Source: Candidatus Saccharimonadota bacterium (GTDB lineage Bacteria > Patescibacteriota > Saccharimonadia > UBA4664). Taken from it: 64,000 nt of DNA. The stretch spans positions 19,120 to 83,119 of the forward strand of contig JACAFG010000002.1 in assembly GCA_019352195.1 (NCBI GenBank), given 5' to 3'. Of the stretch, positions 9,973 to 19,091 are shown piece after piece (the stretch's first letter is position 1; each line of letters starts with the position of its first letter). The position numbers were made by a program, and so were the translations under genes. The notes beneath the pieces were generated by a model, which was not told the origin of the DNA, searched no databases, and saw only the letters and a program-made list of their open reading frames with translations.

Positions 9973-10742
9973 CATCTGCCGCTATGGCAGCCCTTTGACA
10001 CCAATCAAGAAACGTTGTTGCCCGACTGCGAGCTACGCAACCTGCGTGGTTTACAGTCGGGCAACACGCAGGTTGCCGACATTGAGATCGCGGTTCGGGA
10101 AGGCCACTGACTGGCCTCAGCTGCGATCCACCACCACCACTTCCACATTCGCCGGCGACTCGACGGGCGTCCCCGTCTACCGGGACACCGGTAGACGGGT
10201 GGCCGGCAGCGCGGCCAGCGGGTTCATGCCCGCGGCCGGCTGATCGGTCTCGCGGCCCAAAAGAATTACGCCTCCTTGGCGTAGCGAGCAAGCAATTCGT
10301 CGGTACTCAGATAAGCAGACAACTGGCCGCTAGGCTGGTCTGATGAACTACTGAGATACGAACGGCGATTTGATCTCGCGTTGTTTGAGCGTCCCTCAGG
10401 TCGGCGGACCTTACTCGCGGCTTGGCACAGTCGACGGTTGCATGACCGTTCATTGCCGGCTGGCTGGAATATAACGGACTCCTCTGAGAGCCATATTCCG
10501 GCCAGTCCCAAACTTCCGCCTCCGGGCGATTCGAAACGCTCGTTGATGAACGCATGTGGCGCTGATCTGGTCCGACGCCTCGGCCGTGGAGGATCGGGCC
10601 GACTAGGCTGCCGTTTGTTTGATCTCAACGAGTGCCGGACCGGAGCACACTCCCTGTGATGGGGTGCTCCGGTCCGGACTAGCTTCTTGATTGGTACGTT
10701 TGTACCTCGTTCACCCTCGCGGGACCATCTGGTCCCGCTTTT
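9973..10742 (+). ncRNA. candidate large structured ncRNA, unit 2 (about 770 nt)
   Basis: Perfect 12-bp 5'/3' closing helix 10000-10011/10684-10695, several perfect 12-14 bp stems, no credible ORF. Confidence 0.65.
10719..10742 (+). terminator. intrinsic terminator of unit 2
   Basis: GCGGGACC-ATCT-GGTCCCGC followed by TTTT. Confidence 0.75.
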
Positions 10743-10784
10743 GCGTGTTTTGCGGCAATTATTTTAAAATGCTAGGCTTAGAGT

Positions 10785-11570
10785 ATGGAAATGCCTTCAT
10801 TGTTGAATCAACGTGCCGAAGAGATCTTAACGTTTATTGAGTCCTACCGGGCAGAATATGGTTGGGCGCGGGTCGTTGAGTTGGCGCGTGAGAAGTTTGT
10901 TGAAAATGAAGCTCAGCCGGCGCAGCAAGCCTTGGGCGATTTGCTGCTGCAGGCACGGACCTTGGCGCTGGTTCAAGGGCAGCTCGACGATGATCGGCAC
11001 GCCTTGCACTCGGGCCGGCTGAATCATGAGCAAGACATCAGCATCGGGCATCATTACGAGATGCTGCGCCAGGAAGCGTGTACCTACAACCATCAGTTGC
11101 GCGGTTTTATTGAATCGCACCGCGACAGCGTTGATAGGTATGACCTCACGAGATGGTTGGCGACGGCGAGCGGTGGCCGTCACGCTTGGGCTGAAAGCGA
11201 AATTACCGGGGCGGTGAGTGAAATTGCGCTTCATGCAGCACTGATGGGGTTGCCTGAGCTGGTAGATTTGCGCTACGGCAGCTTGGGTGAAGATTTGCAC
11301 GGCTATGACTTTGTGGCCACATGGCAGGGACGGCTGTTAACGGTTGACGCCAAAACCGGTTATTTTCACCCTTTGACCGAGGAAAAGCATGGTCATGAGC
11401 ATCTGGAAATTCATGTGCCGAGGGATGTAGTGCAGGGCTTTCGGCTAACGAGGAGCGGTTTAGACGATTTACGCCGCGATGTTCGCGGGGCGTTGCGGTT
11501 TAAAGTTGGTGTCGAGCCCCATGCTTCGCACAAGCACTACGCCTTTAAACCGATTGTCGCAACGGCGTAA
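10785..11570 (+). CDS. hypothetical protein with PD-(D/E)XK nuclease-like C-terminal domain
   Basis: GAVSE...EDLHGYDF...LTVDAKTG pattern. Confidence 0.6.
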   Translation: MEMPSLLNQRAEEILTFIESYRAEYGWARVVELAREKFVENEAQPAQQALGDLLLQARTLALVQGQLDDDRHALHSGRLNHEQDISIGHHYEMLRQEACTYNHQLRGFIESHRDSVDRYDLTRWLATASGGRHAWAESEITGAVSEIALHAALMGLPELVDLRYGSLGEDLHGYDFVATWQGRLLTVDAKTGYFHPLTEEKHGHEHLEIHVPRDVVQGFRLTRSGLDDLRRDVRGALRFKVGVEPHASHKHYAFKPIVATA

Positions 11571-11932
11571 CTCTTGGGCGGGTGCGCGGTTCGGTGCCCG
11601 CGTCTGAGCTGGGTGACCGGCTCCTGGGCCTGGCCCGGCTCCTCCAAACAGAGGTGGGAGTGCGGTTACCGGAGGCATTCACTAGCCTCATGATCACGGC
11701 TTCGTCGGCGGCCTTTCCCGACATCAGCCTCGAGCTCGTTCGGCCGGCCATAAGTGCCATCCGTGACTACCTCGAGGTCGCCAAGGCCGCCGTGTCAGCG
11801 GCACCAACGGTGACTGTCTGATCTGGACGCAATCCGCATTTGAAGACCGTTTGGCTCCTCACCAGAGCCACAGCGCCCTCGGCTAACGCAGGGGGCGTCT
11901 TCATGCCATAATGGTTGTAACATGGAGGTGAA

Positions 11933-12991
11933 ATGCTCGATTCTAGTGAATTTATTGCTAAATATGATCAACACGATGCGCTCGGAGTGATTGCTGGTCA
12001 GCCCGATCAGCTTCTGCAGGCTTATGGGGAGCTCGACTTGCCATCGGCTGATGGTCTGAGCTCAATCGTACTCACTGGCATGGGCGGATCAGCGCTGGAT
12101 GCGGAATTTGTCAAAAACTGGCTGGGTGATCGACTGAAACTGCCGTTTGAGATTATTCGAGGCTACGAATTGCCGGCATTTGTTGGCAAAGACACGCTCG
12201 TGATTGCCTCAAGCTATTCGGGAAATACCGAGGAAACAGTTTCGGCGCTGGCTGACGCCGAGGCGCGTGGGGCCCGTATTATCGTTATCGCTTCAGGCGG
12301 GAAGCTAATTGAGGCTGCCAAAACGCGCGGTCATGCTCATGTTAGAACTCTGCCTGAAGGCCACCCTCATTTTGATTTGCCAGCTGGCCTGCAGCCGCGT
12401 TTAGCGGTTCTCTACGGCGTCAAAGCTTTGGTAAGCCTAATTGAGCACTTGGGACTGCTAACGGGCCTCTCCGACGAGCTACAGGCCGCTAGCGCATGGG
12501 TGAAGACCAAGCAACCGGCCTGGCAAGCAGCTAGCCCCATGGCCGACAATCCAGCTAAGCGGATTGCGACCGCTTTGCACGGGCACCCAGTGGTGGTTTA
12601 CGGCGGCCCCACGCTTAGTTTGCCGACGATGAAGTGGAAGATCGATATTAACGAAAATTCAAAGCAGCTGGCGTTTTATAACAACTTCTCGGAACTTGAT
12701 CATAACGAGTTTAATGGCTGGTCGCATCCAGTACCCAACAATTTTCGAGTGGTTGAACTGCGTAGTGACCTGGACCATCCGCAAATTCAGAAGCGGTTTG
12801 ATGTTACCAATAAGCTACTGGCTGATCGGTTTGCGCCTATAGAAGTGGTAGCCGATGGTGAAACCAAGCTGCAGCAGATGTTATACACGCTGCTGCTCGG
12901 AGATTATGTGAGTGCCTATTTGGCCTTTTTAAATGAGATTGATCCGACCCCCGTGGATCTGATTGAGGAACTCAAGCGCGAGTTGGCCTAA
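11933..12991 (+). CDS. bifunctional phosphoglucose/phosphomannose isomerase
   Basis: GMGGS, SSYSGNTEET, QPR, INENSK and ELDHNE motifs. Confidence 0.93.
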   Translation: MLDSSEFIAKYDQHDALGVIAGQPDQLLQAYGELDLPSADGLSSIVLTGMGGSALDAEFVKNWLGDRLKLPFEIIRGYELPAFVGKDTLVIASSYSGNTEETVSALADAEARGARIIVIASGGKLIEAAKTRGHAHVRTLPEGHPHFDLPAGLQPRLAVLYGVKALVSLIEHLGLLTGLSDELQAASAWVKTKQPAWQAASPMADNPAKRIATALHGHPVVVYGGPTLSLPTMKWKIDINENSKQLAFYNNFSELDHNEFNGWSHPVPNNFRVVELRSDLDHPQIQKRFDVTNKLLADRFAPIEVVADGETKLQQMLYTLLLGDYVSAYLAFLNEIDPTPVDLIEELKRELA

Positions 12992-13033
12992 ACTTGTCTG
13001 AGCTCGAATCCCACCGTATACTGATTTGGTCGC

Positions 13034-13123
13034 GGAGGGGTCGCATAGTGGCCTAGTGCGCTCGCTTGGAAAGCGAGTAAGGGGGCAACTCCTTCGAGAG
13101 TTCGAATCTCTCCCTCTCCGCCA
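13034..13123 (+). tRNA. tRNA-Ser(GGA)
   Basis: GGAGGGG acceptor stem, CTCGC-TTGGAAA-GCGAG anticodon arm, long variable arm, GTTCGAATC, encoded CCA. Confidence 0.97.
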
Positions 13124-13586
13124 GCAATTATTGCCGAAAATGCTGATCAAGAAGGCGTAAACTAGCAGTATGCATGTCGTCGCCTTGTTGGTGCTAGTCA
13201 TACTGCTCGTCATTGGTGTGACGATTGTGGTGTTTTTATGTTTTAACGCTCGCTATAGGATTGGCTATGTGGGAATGCCGCAAGTAACGATGGTAGCGGT
13301 GGTGGTGGCTGGCAAAACTGACATAACGCCACTGGCGCCATGAGAAACACTAACTAAATAGATTCCGGTTGCTACCACTAGGGCAACAACGGCCGCCAAG
13401 ATTGGGAGCCTGATGCCACCTCTTTTTATGAGCTTGAGCTTTATGCTTTACCATTGCGTCCTATACCACTTATGCTTGAACTATAGAAGGCTTTGAGATC
13501 AAAGTCTAGCAACTAGGCCGAATATTCACTGTGCTTTTTGTTGTCTTGCCAGATACGGTAAACTTGAATAAGTAAGGAGACGAGTT

Positions 13587-14021
13587 ATGGCAGACAACGA
13601 GAACTTGAAAGCCAAGCCGGATGCGTTTTGGCGTGAGAAACTAACACCCGAGCAATATCGGGTGATGCGCGAGCGGGGAACCGAGCGTCCTTATACCGAA
13701 ACTTATGCCGACAACACGTCAGCCGGCGTCTACAAGTGTGCTGCTTGTGGCAACGACTTATTTTCAAGTGACACTAAGTTTGAGAGTACTGCTCCGGGGC
13801 TAGCCGGCTGGCCGGCCTTTAGCGCCGAACTGAGTCAAGGAAAAGTTGAGCTCGTCGAAGATCGTTCTTTGGGTATGAGCCGCACCGAAATAACGTGTGG
13901 TCGGTGTGGTGCTCATTTGGGGCACCTGTTCACAGACGATCCCGCCTCGACCAATGGCATGCATTACTGCGTAAATTCGGTGGCGCTGGCGTTTGATCCT
14001 AAGGAGACCGGTAAGGCGTGA
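13587..14021 (+). CDS. msrB: peptide-methionine (R)-S-oxide reductase
   Basis: GTERPY, GWPAF, HLGHLF and HYCVNS motifs. Confidence 0.95.
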   Translation: MADNENLKAKPDAFWREKLTPEQYRVMRERGTERPYTETYADNTSAGVYKCAACGNDLFSSDTKFESTAPGLAGWPAFSAELSQGKVELVEDRSLGMSRTEITCGRCGAHLGHLFTDDPASTNGMHYCVNSVALAFDPKETGKA

Positions 14022-14329
14022 TGTATTCGGAGCTGGTTGAGGAAGCTCAGGCGGCTTATCCGCACATTGAAGCCGGCGAGATGTTTAGCATGGCGTGTTT
14101 GAAACTGGACGACAAAGTGCTGGGCGGCGATTGGCACGGCGATTTTGTGGTCAAATTAAGTGAGGATGGGGCTAAAAAAGCACTGGAAATTACCGGAGCG
14201 GTGCAATTTTCGCCCGCAACAGGGCACGTAATGAAGCAATGGATTGTGGTCCCGGCGGCCGTGAGCGATCGCTGGTTTAAGTTGCTCGAGCAAGCTGTCG
14301 AGTATCGGATGTCGCATGAATACAAGTAA
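14018..14329 (+). CDS. hypothetical protein (TfoX/MmcQ-like)
   Basis: GEMFSMACLK, FSPATGHVMKQWIVVP; translationally coupled to neighbours. Confidence 0.6.
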   Translation: MMYSELVEEAQAAYPHIEAGEMFSMACLKLDDKVLGGDWHGDFVVKLSEDGAKKALEITGAVQFSPATGHVMKQWIVVPAAVSDRWFKLLEQAVEYRMSHEYK

Positions 14330-15086
14330 ACCTTGGGCTTTAATTACGGGAGCATCAGGCGGTATTGGGCTTGAGCTCACTCGGCTGGAGGCGGCTGATG
14401 GTTATAATCTGTTGTTGGTCGCGCGTGATGGGGCCGGTTTATCCAAAGTAGCAGCTGATTTAGCGGCCCATGACCGCCAAATTGATGTACTGGCGGTGGA
14501 TTTGGGTTTGCCGGGTGCCGCGGCCAAGGTAGCCGCGTGGGTGGGTGAGCGTCCGGTGGAGCTGTTGATTAATAATGCTGGTTTTGCCACTCACGGGGCC
14601 GTAGCCGAGATGGATCAAGCTGAGCTAGCGAGCGAAATTGGGGTCAATGTAACTACGCTCACTGAATTGTCACGCTTGATGCTGCCGGGGATGTAGCTCC
14701 GAAAGCGGGGTAAAATTCTCAATTTGGCATCAACGGCCGGTTTTCTGCCGGGTCCAGTGATGGCGGTTTACTATGCTACGAAAGCCTACGTGTTGTCATT
14801 TTCAGTGGCGTTGGCGGATGAGGTTAAACCAGATGGTGTTACGGTAACGGTGTTGTGTCCCGGGCCAACAAGAACCGGCTTTGCGGCGCGTGCCCAGGTG
14901 GAATCGTCACGCTTATTTAGGGGGCATGTGATGGAGGCATCGGTGGTTGCCAAAGCCGGCTACGACGGGTTAAAAAACGGCAAAGTAATAGTGGTGCCGG
15001 GTATCGGCAACAAACTTAATACCTGGGGCATCCGGTTAGTGCCACGAGTGCTAGCGGCCAAAGTGGCGCGACGAGAGCAATCATGA
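14316..15086 (+). pseudogene. SDR oxidoreductase interrupted by an in-frame TAG at 14694-14696
   Basis: TGASGGIG and NNAG before the stop; ILNLASTA and YYATK after it in the same frame. Confidence 0.85.
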
Positions 15087-15502
15087 AGGCCTGGATTGGG
15101 GTCGTGGCACGTAGTCATGTCGAGCAGGGAATTCGAGAAAAGATTGCCCAACTGGGGCACGGTACACGAGCGCCATTGGCGCGCCTCAGCCCAGGAGACT
15201 GGCTGATCTACTATTCGTCGCAGTCCGAATATCCCGATGGTGAGCCGGTGCAAGCCTTTACGGCGATCGGACGAGTGCCCGATGATGAAATTTATGAGCA
15301 GGTAACCGAAAGTGGTTTTCACCCGTTTCGACGTCGGGTTGAGTATGTGGAGGCGAAAGAGGCGCCGATTAAACCGTTGTTACCCTATCTGTCGTTTAGT
15401 CGCAACACGTCCAATTGGGGCATGGTGATGCGGCGGGGATTGGTGGAGATTACCATAGAGGATGTGAAGCTGATTGCTGAAGCCATGGGCGCGACAGTTT
15501 AA
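15083..15502 (+). CDS. EVE domain protein
   Basis: WIGVV, HG..APLARL.PGDWLIYYS, FTAIG and R.GLVEI motifs. Confidence 0.85.
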   Translation: MKAWIGVVARSHVEQGIREKIAQLGHGTRAPLARLSPGDWLIYYSSQSEYPDGEPVQAFTAIGRVPDDEIYEQVTESGFHPFRRRVEYVEAKEAPIKPLLPYLSFSRNTSNWGMVMRRGLVEITIEDVKLIAEAMGATV

Positions 15503-15516
15503 CAATCGGAAGGCCC

Positions 15517-15545
15517 AAAAAACGAGCCATTATGGCTCGTTTTTT
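15517..15545. terminator. bidirectional terminator
   Basis: AAAAAACGAGCCAT-T-ATGGCTCGTTTTTT. Confidence 0.8.
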
Positions 15546-15810
15546 AGTTACCTGAAGGCTCAAATAATTGAGCACTCGGGTAGTGGCCTCATCGAGTCGC
15601 CTGAAGGCGGCCCAGTGAGGCTATCATCACTTTTCCCGGTGATGAACTGTCGGGTGGTGGGCCGGACTACTCGCCCATGAGGGCTAGCTCGCGCGAGGTG
15701 AAGAGGCCGTACCGACTGAGGTCGGTGTTATCTTGTGGTAGTTCTGCGGGGATCCCGATCGGATCGGGGTCGGTCTCTCCCCGGGGAAGCTCGAAGGCGA
15801 GCTCGCTGGA

Positions 15811-15845
15811 TTGACGCATGTGCCTGCACCGCATACACTGTATGC
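15811..15845 (+). promoter_or_regulatory. vapBC promoter with overlapping palindromic operator
   Basis: TTGACG-N17-TACACT; GCATACA-C-TGTATGC palindrome covers the -10 box. Confidence 0.65.
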
Positions 15846-16097
15846 ATGACAAATATTCAATACACCATTCGTAATATTCCCCCCGCGTTGGATCAGGTGA
15901 TCCGTAAGCGCGCGCAGCAATCGGGCAAGTCGTTTAATAAGACGGTTGTCGATTTGTTGGTGCAACAGGCCTTTGGAACGAAGGAGGTGCCGGTTGATGA
16001 TAATTTTGATTGGTTATTCGGGGTTAATACACTTGATCCGTCGTTTGATGAAGCGATTGCGGAACAATCGAAGCCCGATCCAAAGATGTGGGCGTGA
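15846..16097 (+). CDS. RHH (FitA-like) antitoxin
   Basis: QYTIRNIP...IRKRAQQSGKSFN; overlaps the PIN toxin start. Confidence 0.75.
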   Translation: MTNIQYTIRNIPPALDQVIRKRAQQSGKSFNKTVVDLLVQQAFGTKEVPVDDNFDWLFGVNTLDPSFDEAIAEQSKPDPKMWA

Positions 16098-16483
16098 AAT
16101 ACGTTCTCGACACGAGTGCTTTCTCGGCGTTTAATCGGGGCGATGTGCGCTTGGAGCGGTATCTTAGGAGTGAACATGAGATTTTGGTGCCGCTGGTGGT
16201 AATAGCCGAGCTGCGGGCCGGGTTTGCGCTGGGGAGTCGGCGGGCGGAAAATGACCGAATTTTGGAACGGTTATTGAATTCGTCCAATGTAACGGTGGTG
16301 AGCTTAAACGACGAAACGGCTAACGTCTATGCCGATGTTTTTTTACGCCAACGCGAGGTAGGCCGGCCGGTGGGGGCGAATGATATGTGGATTGCGGCTT
16401 CCGCGATTGAGCGTGATTTACCTGTGCTGACGCTTGACCATGATTTTGATGGAATTGTCGGCCTGAAAGTAGTGGAATTGTGA
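16094..16483 (+). CDS. vapC: VapC/PIN domain toxin
   Basis: VLDTSA, AEL, NDMWIAA and TLDHDF motifs. Confidence 0.9.
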   Translation: MKYVLDTSAFSAFNRGDVRLERYLRSEHEILVPLVVIAELRAGFALGSRRAENDRILERLLNSSNVTVVSLNDETANVYADVFLRQREVGRPVGANDMWIAASAIERDLPVLTLDHDFDGIVGLKVVEL

Positions 16484-17184
16484 GCGTGACGGCGGTTCAA
16501 GATGAGCTACGTGAGCAAGGCTCACCTCAAAAGGCCCTTGGTTCGGGCGTGTTCTTTAAAACTGGGCCAGGCCAATATGGTGAGGGCGACGTGTTTTTGG
16601 GGGTGACGGTGCCGGAGCAGCGGATTATCGCAAAACGCCATCTGGATTTGAGTGTGAATCAGGTAGAAGAGCTGCTGCAATCCCCGGAGCACGAATTTCG
16701 GATGATGGCGCTGCTCATTTGGACATATCAGTTTGCTAGAGGCGACCTTAGCCAACGTAAAGCAATTTATGACGCTTATCTGGAAAATACGCGCTGGATT
16801 AATAATTGGGATCTGGTCGATGCCAGTGCCGAAATTGTCGGCCAATACATTGAGACCCATGAACGCACGATATTGGACAAGCTGGCCAGGTCGGGCGATA
16901 TCTGGGAGCGGCGGATTGCCATTGTGGCGCCATATTGGTTGATCAAGCAGGGTCAACCTGAGGATACGCTACGGATTGCGGCTCTATTACTGCACGATAA
17001 GCATGATCTTATCCACAAAGCCACCGGCTGGATGCTGCGCGAAGTGGGCAAACGTTGTTCGCAGGCGGTAGAGGAGGGATTTTTACGTGAGCATTACCAC
17101 ACTATGCCGCGGACGATGCTGCGCTACGCCATTGAACGATTTGAGCCGGAACTGAAGCGGGCCTACATGACAGGCGCCGTATGA
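16480..17184 (+). CDS. DNA alkylation repair protein (AlkD-like)
   Basis: FFKTGPGQYGEGD, NNWDLVD and KATGWMLREVGK motifs. Confidence 0.9.
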   Translation: MSVTAVQDELREQGSPQKALGSGVFFKTGPGQYGEGDVFLGVTVPEQRIIAKRHLDLSVNQVEELLQSPEHEFRMMALLIWTYQFARGDLSQRKAIYDAYLENTRWINNWDLVDASAEIVGQYIETHERTILDKLARSGDIWERRIAIVAPYWLIKQGQPEDTLRIAALLLHDKHDLIHKATGWMLREVGKRCSQAVEEGFLREHYHTMPRTMLRYAIERFEPELKRAYMTGAV

Positions 17185-17576
17185 GCATGCGTCCAGCGGC
17201 GTTTGCCATTATTGTGCGGGGCCGAAAAATATTGATGGTACGGCTCGGGTACTACTCTCATTTCGCCGGCCGATGGAATTTTCCAGGCGGCTTTGTTGAT
17301 TGGAGCGAATCAATGGCGCGAACGGCTATTCGTGAAGTGCGAGAGGAAACGGGGCTTGAGCTGATAATAGAGCGGTCGTTTTGGCGCGGTCATGAATCAG
17401 CTAGTCAGCGATCAGTGGAGATGTTCGTGGGACAAGCAGTCGGCAATCTGAAGCTGCAGGCCTCAGAGATCGATGAGGCGGCGTGGTTTGAAATTGATGA
17501 TGCCATTGCGCTAGATCTAGCGTATCGGTGTAAGGACCGCTTGATGGAGCTCAAAGCCGAACGGGAGACAGCATGA
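17181..17576 (+). CDS. NUDIX hydrolase
   Basis: PGG...E...AIREVREETGL Nudix box. Confidence 0.9.
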   Translation: MSMRPAAFAIIVRGRKILMVRLGYYSHFAGRWNFPGGFVDWSESMARTAIREVREETGLELIIERSFWRGHESASQRSVEMFVGQAVGNLKLQASEIDEAAWFEIDDAIALDLAYRCKDRLMELKAERETA

Positions 17577-17908
17577 TAAACGTCGCTGAATATTGCTTGG
17601 AAAAGCTGGGGGCTGAAGAAACCTATCCGTTTGATGCCACTACTACCGTTATGAAGGTGCACGGGAAGATGTTTGCTCTCATGGCGGCGGTCGAAAATCC
17701 GCCGAGTATCAATCTTAAATGCGATCCCACGCGATCGATATTGCTGCGGCAGGAGTATCCCGAGATTGCGGCGGGGTATCACATGAATAAGGTACATTGG
17801 AATACCCTAGATCTCACGGGTAACTTGCCCGATGCACTGGTTCGTGAACTTATTGATCATTCGTACGATCTCGTGGCCAAGACGAAACCAGCCAAAAATC
17901 CGGAATAA
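17573..17908 (+). CDS. MmcQ/YjbR family protein
   Basis: KMFAL, NLKCDP, GYHMNKVHW and IDHSYDLV motifs. Confidence 0.9.
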   Translation: MINVAEYCLEKLGAEETYPFDATTTVMKVHGKMFALMAAVENPPSINLKCDPTRSILLRQEYPEIAAGYHMNKVHWNTLDLTGNLPDALVRELIDHSYDLVAKTKPAKNPE

Positions 17909-17998
17909 TTAGCTGTTATAAGCGAAAACCCCGCTGGCCGGTGAAGGCGAGCGGGGTGTCCGATGTGGCGGTCCATCGGAAGGGAGCGGCGGCGTTTG

Positions 17999-18433
17999 TT
18001 AGTTTGAAGCGGTTGAAGTCTGCGGTGGTACCGACACAGTAGTACTGCTGGTGGCTGGTGACTCGCCGGCGCTGCAGACCTTTGGAACCATTACTGTGGT
18101 CCCAATTGGCAGAATGGTAGCATCGTCACCGGCAAAGCCGTTGCGCAGACGAACCAATTGGGCCCAGCTGCTGGTACTGTCAGAACGACTCCAATCGAAG
18201 CCGGCTTCGCCAACTTCGGCTGGTTGCATGCCGGTCACGAAGTTGATCCAGCTGACCGGTTGGCCGTTGACTTTGATTGGGCCGTTGCAGGCGTACACTG
18301 CCTCCTGCTTTCCAACCGAACTGGTGTCAGGAGAGCAGGCCGACAATCCCAGGGTGAGACTGACGGCTGCGGCCGCTGCCAGGATGAAGCGGACGAAGGG
18401 ACGGTGGGCGGGTCGTGCGGGGGCGATTCTCAT
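17999..18433 (-). CDS. putative lipoprotein with LysM-like segment
   Basis: Signal peptide with LSAC lipobox; WAQLVRLRN...ILPIGTTVMVP. Confidence 0.55.
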   Translation of the reverse strand: MRIAPARPAHRPFVRFILAAAAAVSLTLGLSACSPDTSSVGKQEAVYACNGPIKVNGQPVSWINFVTGMQPAEVGEAGFDWSRSDSTSSWAQLVRLRNGFAGDDATILPIGTTVMVPKVCSAGESPATSSTTVSVPPQTSTASN

Positions 18434-18545
18434 CGCGGGGCTCCAAGTTGTGGGGTGCGGAATGTACCTTGCTGAGCCTGTGACGGGTGTCGCAGGCTCA
18501 GTGGGGTGCCGGAGATATCGCTCTCCGGCAGGCGTCGAACGCTTA

Positions 18546-18923
18546 CTAGCAAATGACCTCGATATGACCGTCATCGTAGGCTACCAGGAAGACCGGTGGC
18601 TCGATGCCATATTCGTCGGCCAAATCCAAGACAACATCGCGGAGTATCACATTGCCGAACTGCGTTCTCATCCAGGCGTCTTCGGACAAGACAACGGCGG
18701 CCATGGTGCGTTCAGTCCTGTCCAAGATGGACGTGGCCATAATTTGGGCTGTCTGGTCTTGCTTGTGTAGCGGGACGTCGGCGCAAGTCCATTGCTCAAT
18801 GGTCATTGATACTACGTATGTAATCACGACGTCATCTTCCTTGAGGAAGGTGACGAGCTGGGGTAGCTGGTCGGCGTTGATGCCAACTGCTATAAGTCGG
18901 ATGGACGTGGTGGTTGTCTTCAT
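18546..18923 (-). CDS. hypothetical protein
   Basis: 125-aa ORF, AAGGA RBS, minus-strand promoter TTGACA-N17-TATGAT at 18975-19003. Confidence 0.55.
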   Translation of the reverse strand: MKTTTTSIRLIAVGINADQLPQLVTFLKEDDVVITYVVSMTIEQWTCADVPLHKQDQTAQIMATSILDRTERTMAAVVLSEDAWMRTQFGNVILRDVVLDLADEYGIEPPVFLVAYDDGHIEVIC

Positions 18924-19091
18924 AACGGATCCTTAAGCTGCGTTCGTCGGGCGGCTCCCGATCGATTGCGACACATCATACTGCTTTTGCTCAATTATGT
19001 CAATATTAATATAGTTAATTTTGCAATTTGAATTCAATATTCTGTCACAATTTAACTTTACAAACATATTAAAACGTGCTAAATTTCAGTC

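Noticed and set aside
10338-10365. Hammerhead-like CTGATGA
   Set aside because: No proper stem II, and GAAC instead of GAAA.
8866-10659. Short ORFs (60-123 aa) on both strands within the candidate RNA locus
   Set aside because: They overlap each other, are Arg/Ser/Cys-rich, lack RBS or motifs, and several start inside promoter boxes.
8902-10742. Identification as RNase P RNA, tmRNA, rRNA or a group II intron
   Set aside because: No GAGGAAAGTCC, no tRNA-like ends or tag peptide, no rRNA signature blocks, no recognisable domain V, and no RT gene nearby.
11582-11821. 79-aa ORF after the nuclease-like gene
   Set aside because: No RBS; probably a 3' fragment of an orphan gene, not supportable as a feature.
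12328-12370. GHAH...GHPH short duplication in PGI/PMI
   Set aside because: Small in-frame loop insertion with no evidence of function.
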